Assembly (NCBI RefSeq): GCF_035594765.1
Contig: NC_085843.1
Span: 185,791,971 to 185,855,970, forward strand
Source: Anolis carolinensis
Taxonomy: Eukaryota
Direction of reading: 5' to 3'
DNA: 64,000 bases
Part shown: positions 62,861 to 64,000 of the stretch, piece after piece
How positions within the stretch are numbered: position 1 is the first letter of the stretch
Layout: every line of letters begins with the position of its first letter
The notes under the pieces: generated by a model
The model's database searches: none
What the model saw: the letters and a program-made list of their open reading frames with translations, nothing else
Told to the model about the DNA's origin: nothing
Made by a program: the position numbers and the translations under genes

Positions 62861-63331
62861 CTGTAAGAAAAAGGAAAGCAACGGATCCTTCTTTGAGGCA
62901 ATGGGGACTGTCCATGAATCCAGTTAAAAGTGTGCCTACCCAAAGACAGTATCAAAGACAGTAATGTGAGTCCTAGGTCCCTTCCACACAACTGTATGAA
63001 ATCCACATTGAACTGGATTATATGGCAGTGTGGATTCAGATAATCCAGTTCAAAGCAGATATTATAGATTATCTGCCTTGATATTCTGGGTTATATGACT
63101 GTGTGGAAGGGCCCCTAGCCTGTCACTAAACATAATGCTATCCACTCCACACACAAAGATGCAAAAGATAAAACATTGGACCCTTGCATGTACACTGTGG
63201 TACTGGAATATTCACCCTTATCATTTCAGTATGGGGTATCTTTCTATGCAGTTAAACTTTAGTCACAATATTTTTGCTTCCATCACAATATTCTGCCAAA
63301 ACGAAGAGAGATGGGAAACAGTTCTTCTTAC

Positions 63332-63528
63332 CACATATTCATCAATAAATTGCCGGAGATCTTTGAATCCGTGTTTCTCTGCAAGGTTGTTTGGATACCA
63401 GCCATGCTTGTTGGCAACACTATAGGCTTGTAAGGCTCCTGGGCATGTAAGCAGAAGGGCAGTGAGTTTTTTCAGCCCATATTTTGCAGAAAAATGTAGT
63501 AATGTTGGCAGTTCTTCATCCCGCTGGC
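63332..63528 (-). CDS. PIK3AP1: PIK3AP1 (BCAP) ankyrin-repeat exon; first exon visible in window
   Basis: QRDEELPTLLHFSAKYGLKKLTALLLTCPGALQAYSVANKHGWYPNNLAEKHGFKDLRQFIDEYV|GTAAG, 197 nt. Confidence 0.95.
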
Positions 63529-63838
63529 CTGAATTTAAAAAAACAAAGAGTTTACTGGTGGCATCAGCAAGAAAAGAGTCTAGGCAGCAAGGGAGACGGG
63601 GGAAAGGGTCTGGGCAGCAAGAAAAATAGTGGGCAGAGAGGGAGGCAGCGGAGAAAGGGTCTGTGCCCAGCGAAATGCTGTTGCTGCTGTTGTTTCAAGG
63701 AGCTCAAAACTCTAATGTTCCTGCATTTGTCAGGAGCTGCAAAGAGGAGGAGGCAGGAAGCAGCACGATGCTGCAGAGCCCCTCACTATCACCTTCAGAG
63801 CCTCAAGTGCTCCGTGGAGCACAGTTTGAGAAACCCTG

Positions 63839-64000
63839 GAAAAGCATGTGGACAATTTCAACAGAAAGGAGGAAACCATGAAAATGAACAAAATCTGGTT
63901 ACTAGTATTTAAAAAAAAAAAACACCACAATCAAGACAGTAAATAATGAACACCACTCAGAAACAGGAGAACTCCATACATTAAGCAATCAAGGGCCAAC
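63839..64000 (+). mobile_element. Penelope-like ORF end fragment (runs off window)
   Basis: KHVDNFNRKEETMKMNKIWL, homologous to the spacer of the 4412-4971 element. Confidence 0.7.

Overview
Eukaryotic, intron-rich vertebrate DNA. The repeat content (Sauria-type SINEs, Penelope, Vingi-like, CR1, L2, many MITEs) points to a squamate lizard, probably Anolis (inference). Three genes lie head-to-tail on the minus strand: (1) the last 11 coding exons of PIK3AP1/BCAP (63528->48170); (2) complete TM9SF3, with 15 coding exons read by hand, all GT-AG, CDS 1746 nt = 581 aa + stop (41838->11546); (3) coding exon 1 and the CpG-island promoter of EIF3F (4003->3721). Much of the remainder is transposon-derived. 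The most notable non-genic structures are: hammerhead-ribozyme motifs in Penelope-like insertions, one intact and about 0.5 kb upstream of EIF3F; a Helitron carrying fragments of three other TE families, nested in a hAT element, with the empty site visible in a paralogous copy; a triple-nested MITE stack beside the TM9SF3 promoter; dense Harbinger-MITE arrays beside both CpG islands; and a GC-rich intronic element built almost entirely of long hairpins. I found no CRISPR or prokaryotic features and nothing I can defend as a wholly new biological system. TE family names come from recognising sequence features, not from a database search.
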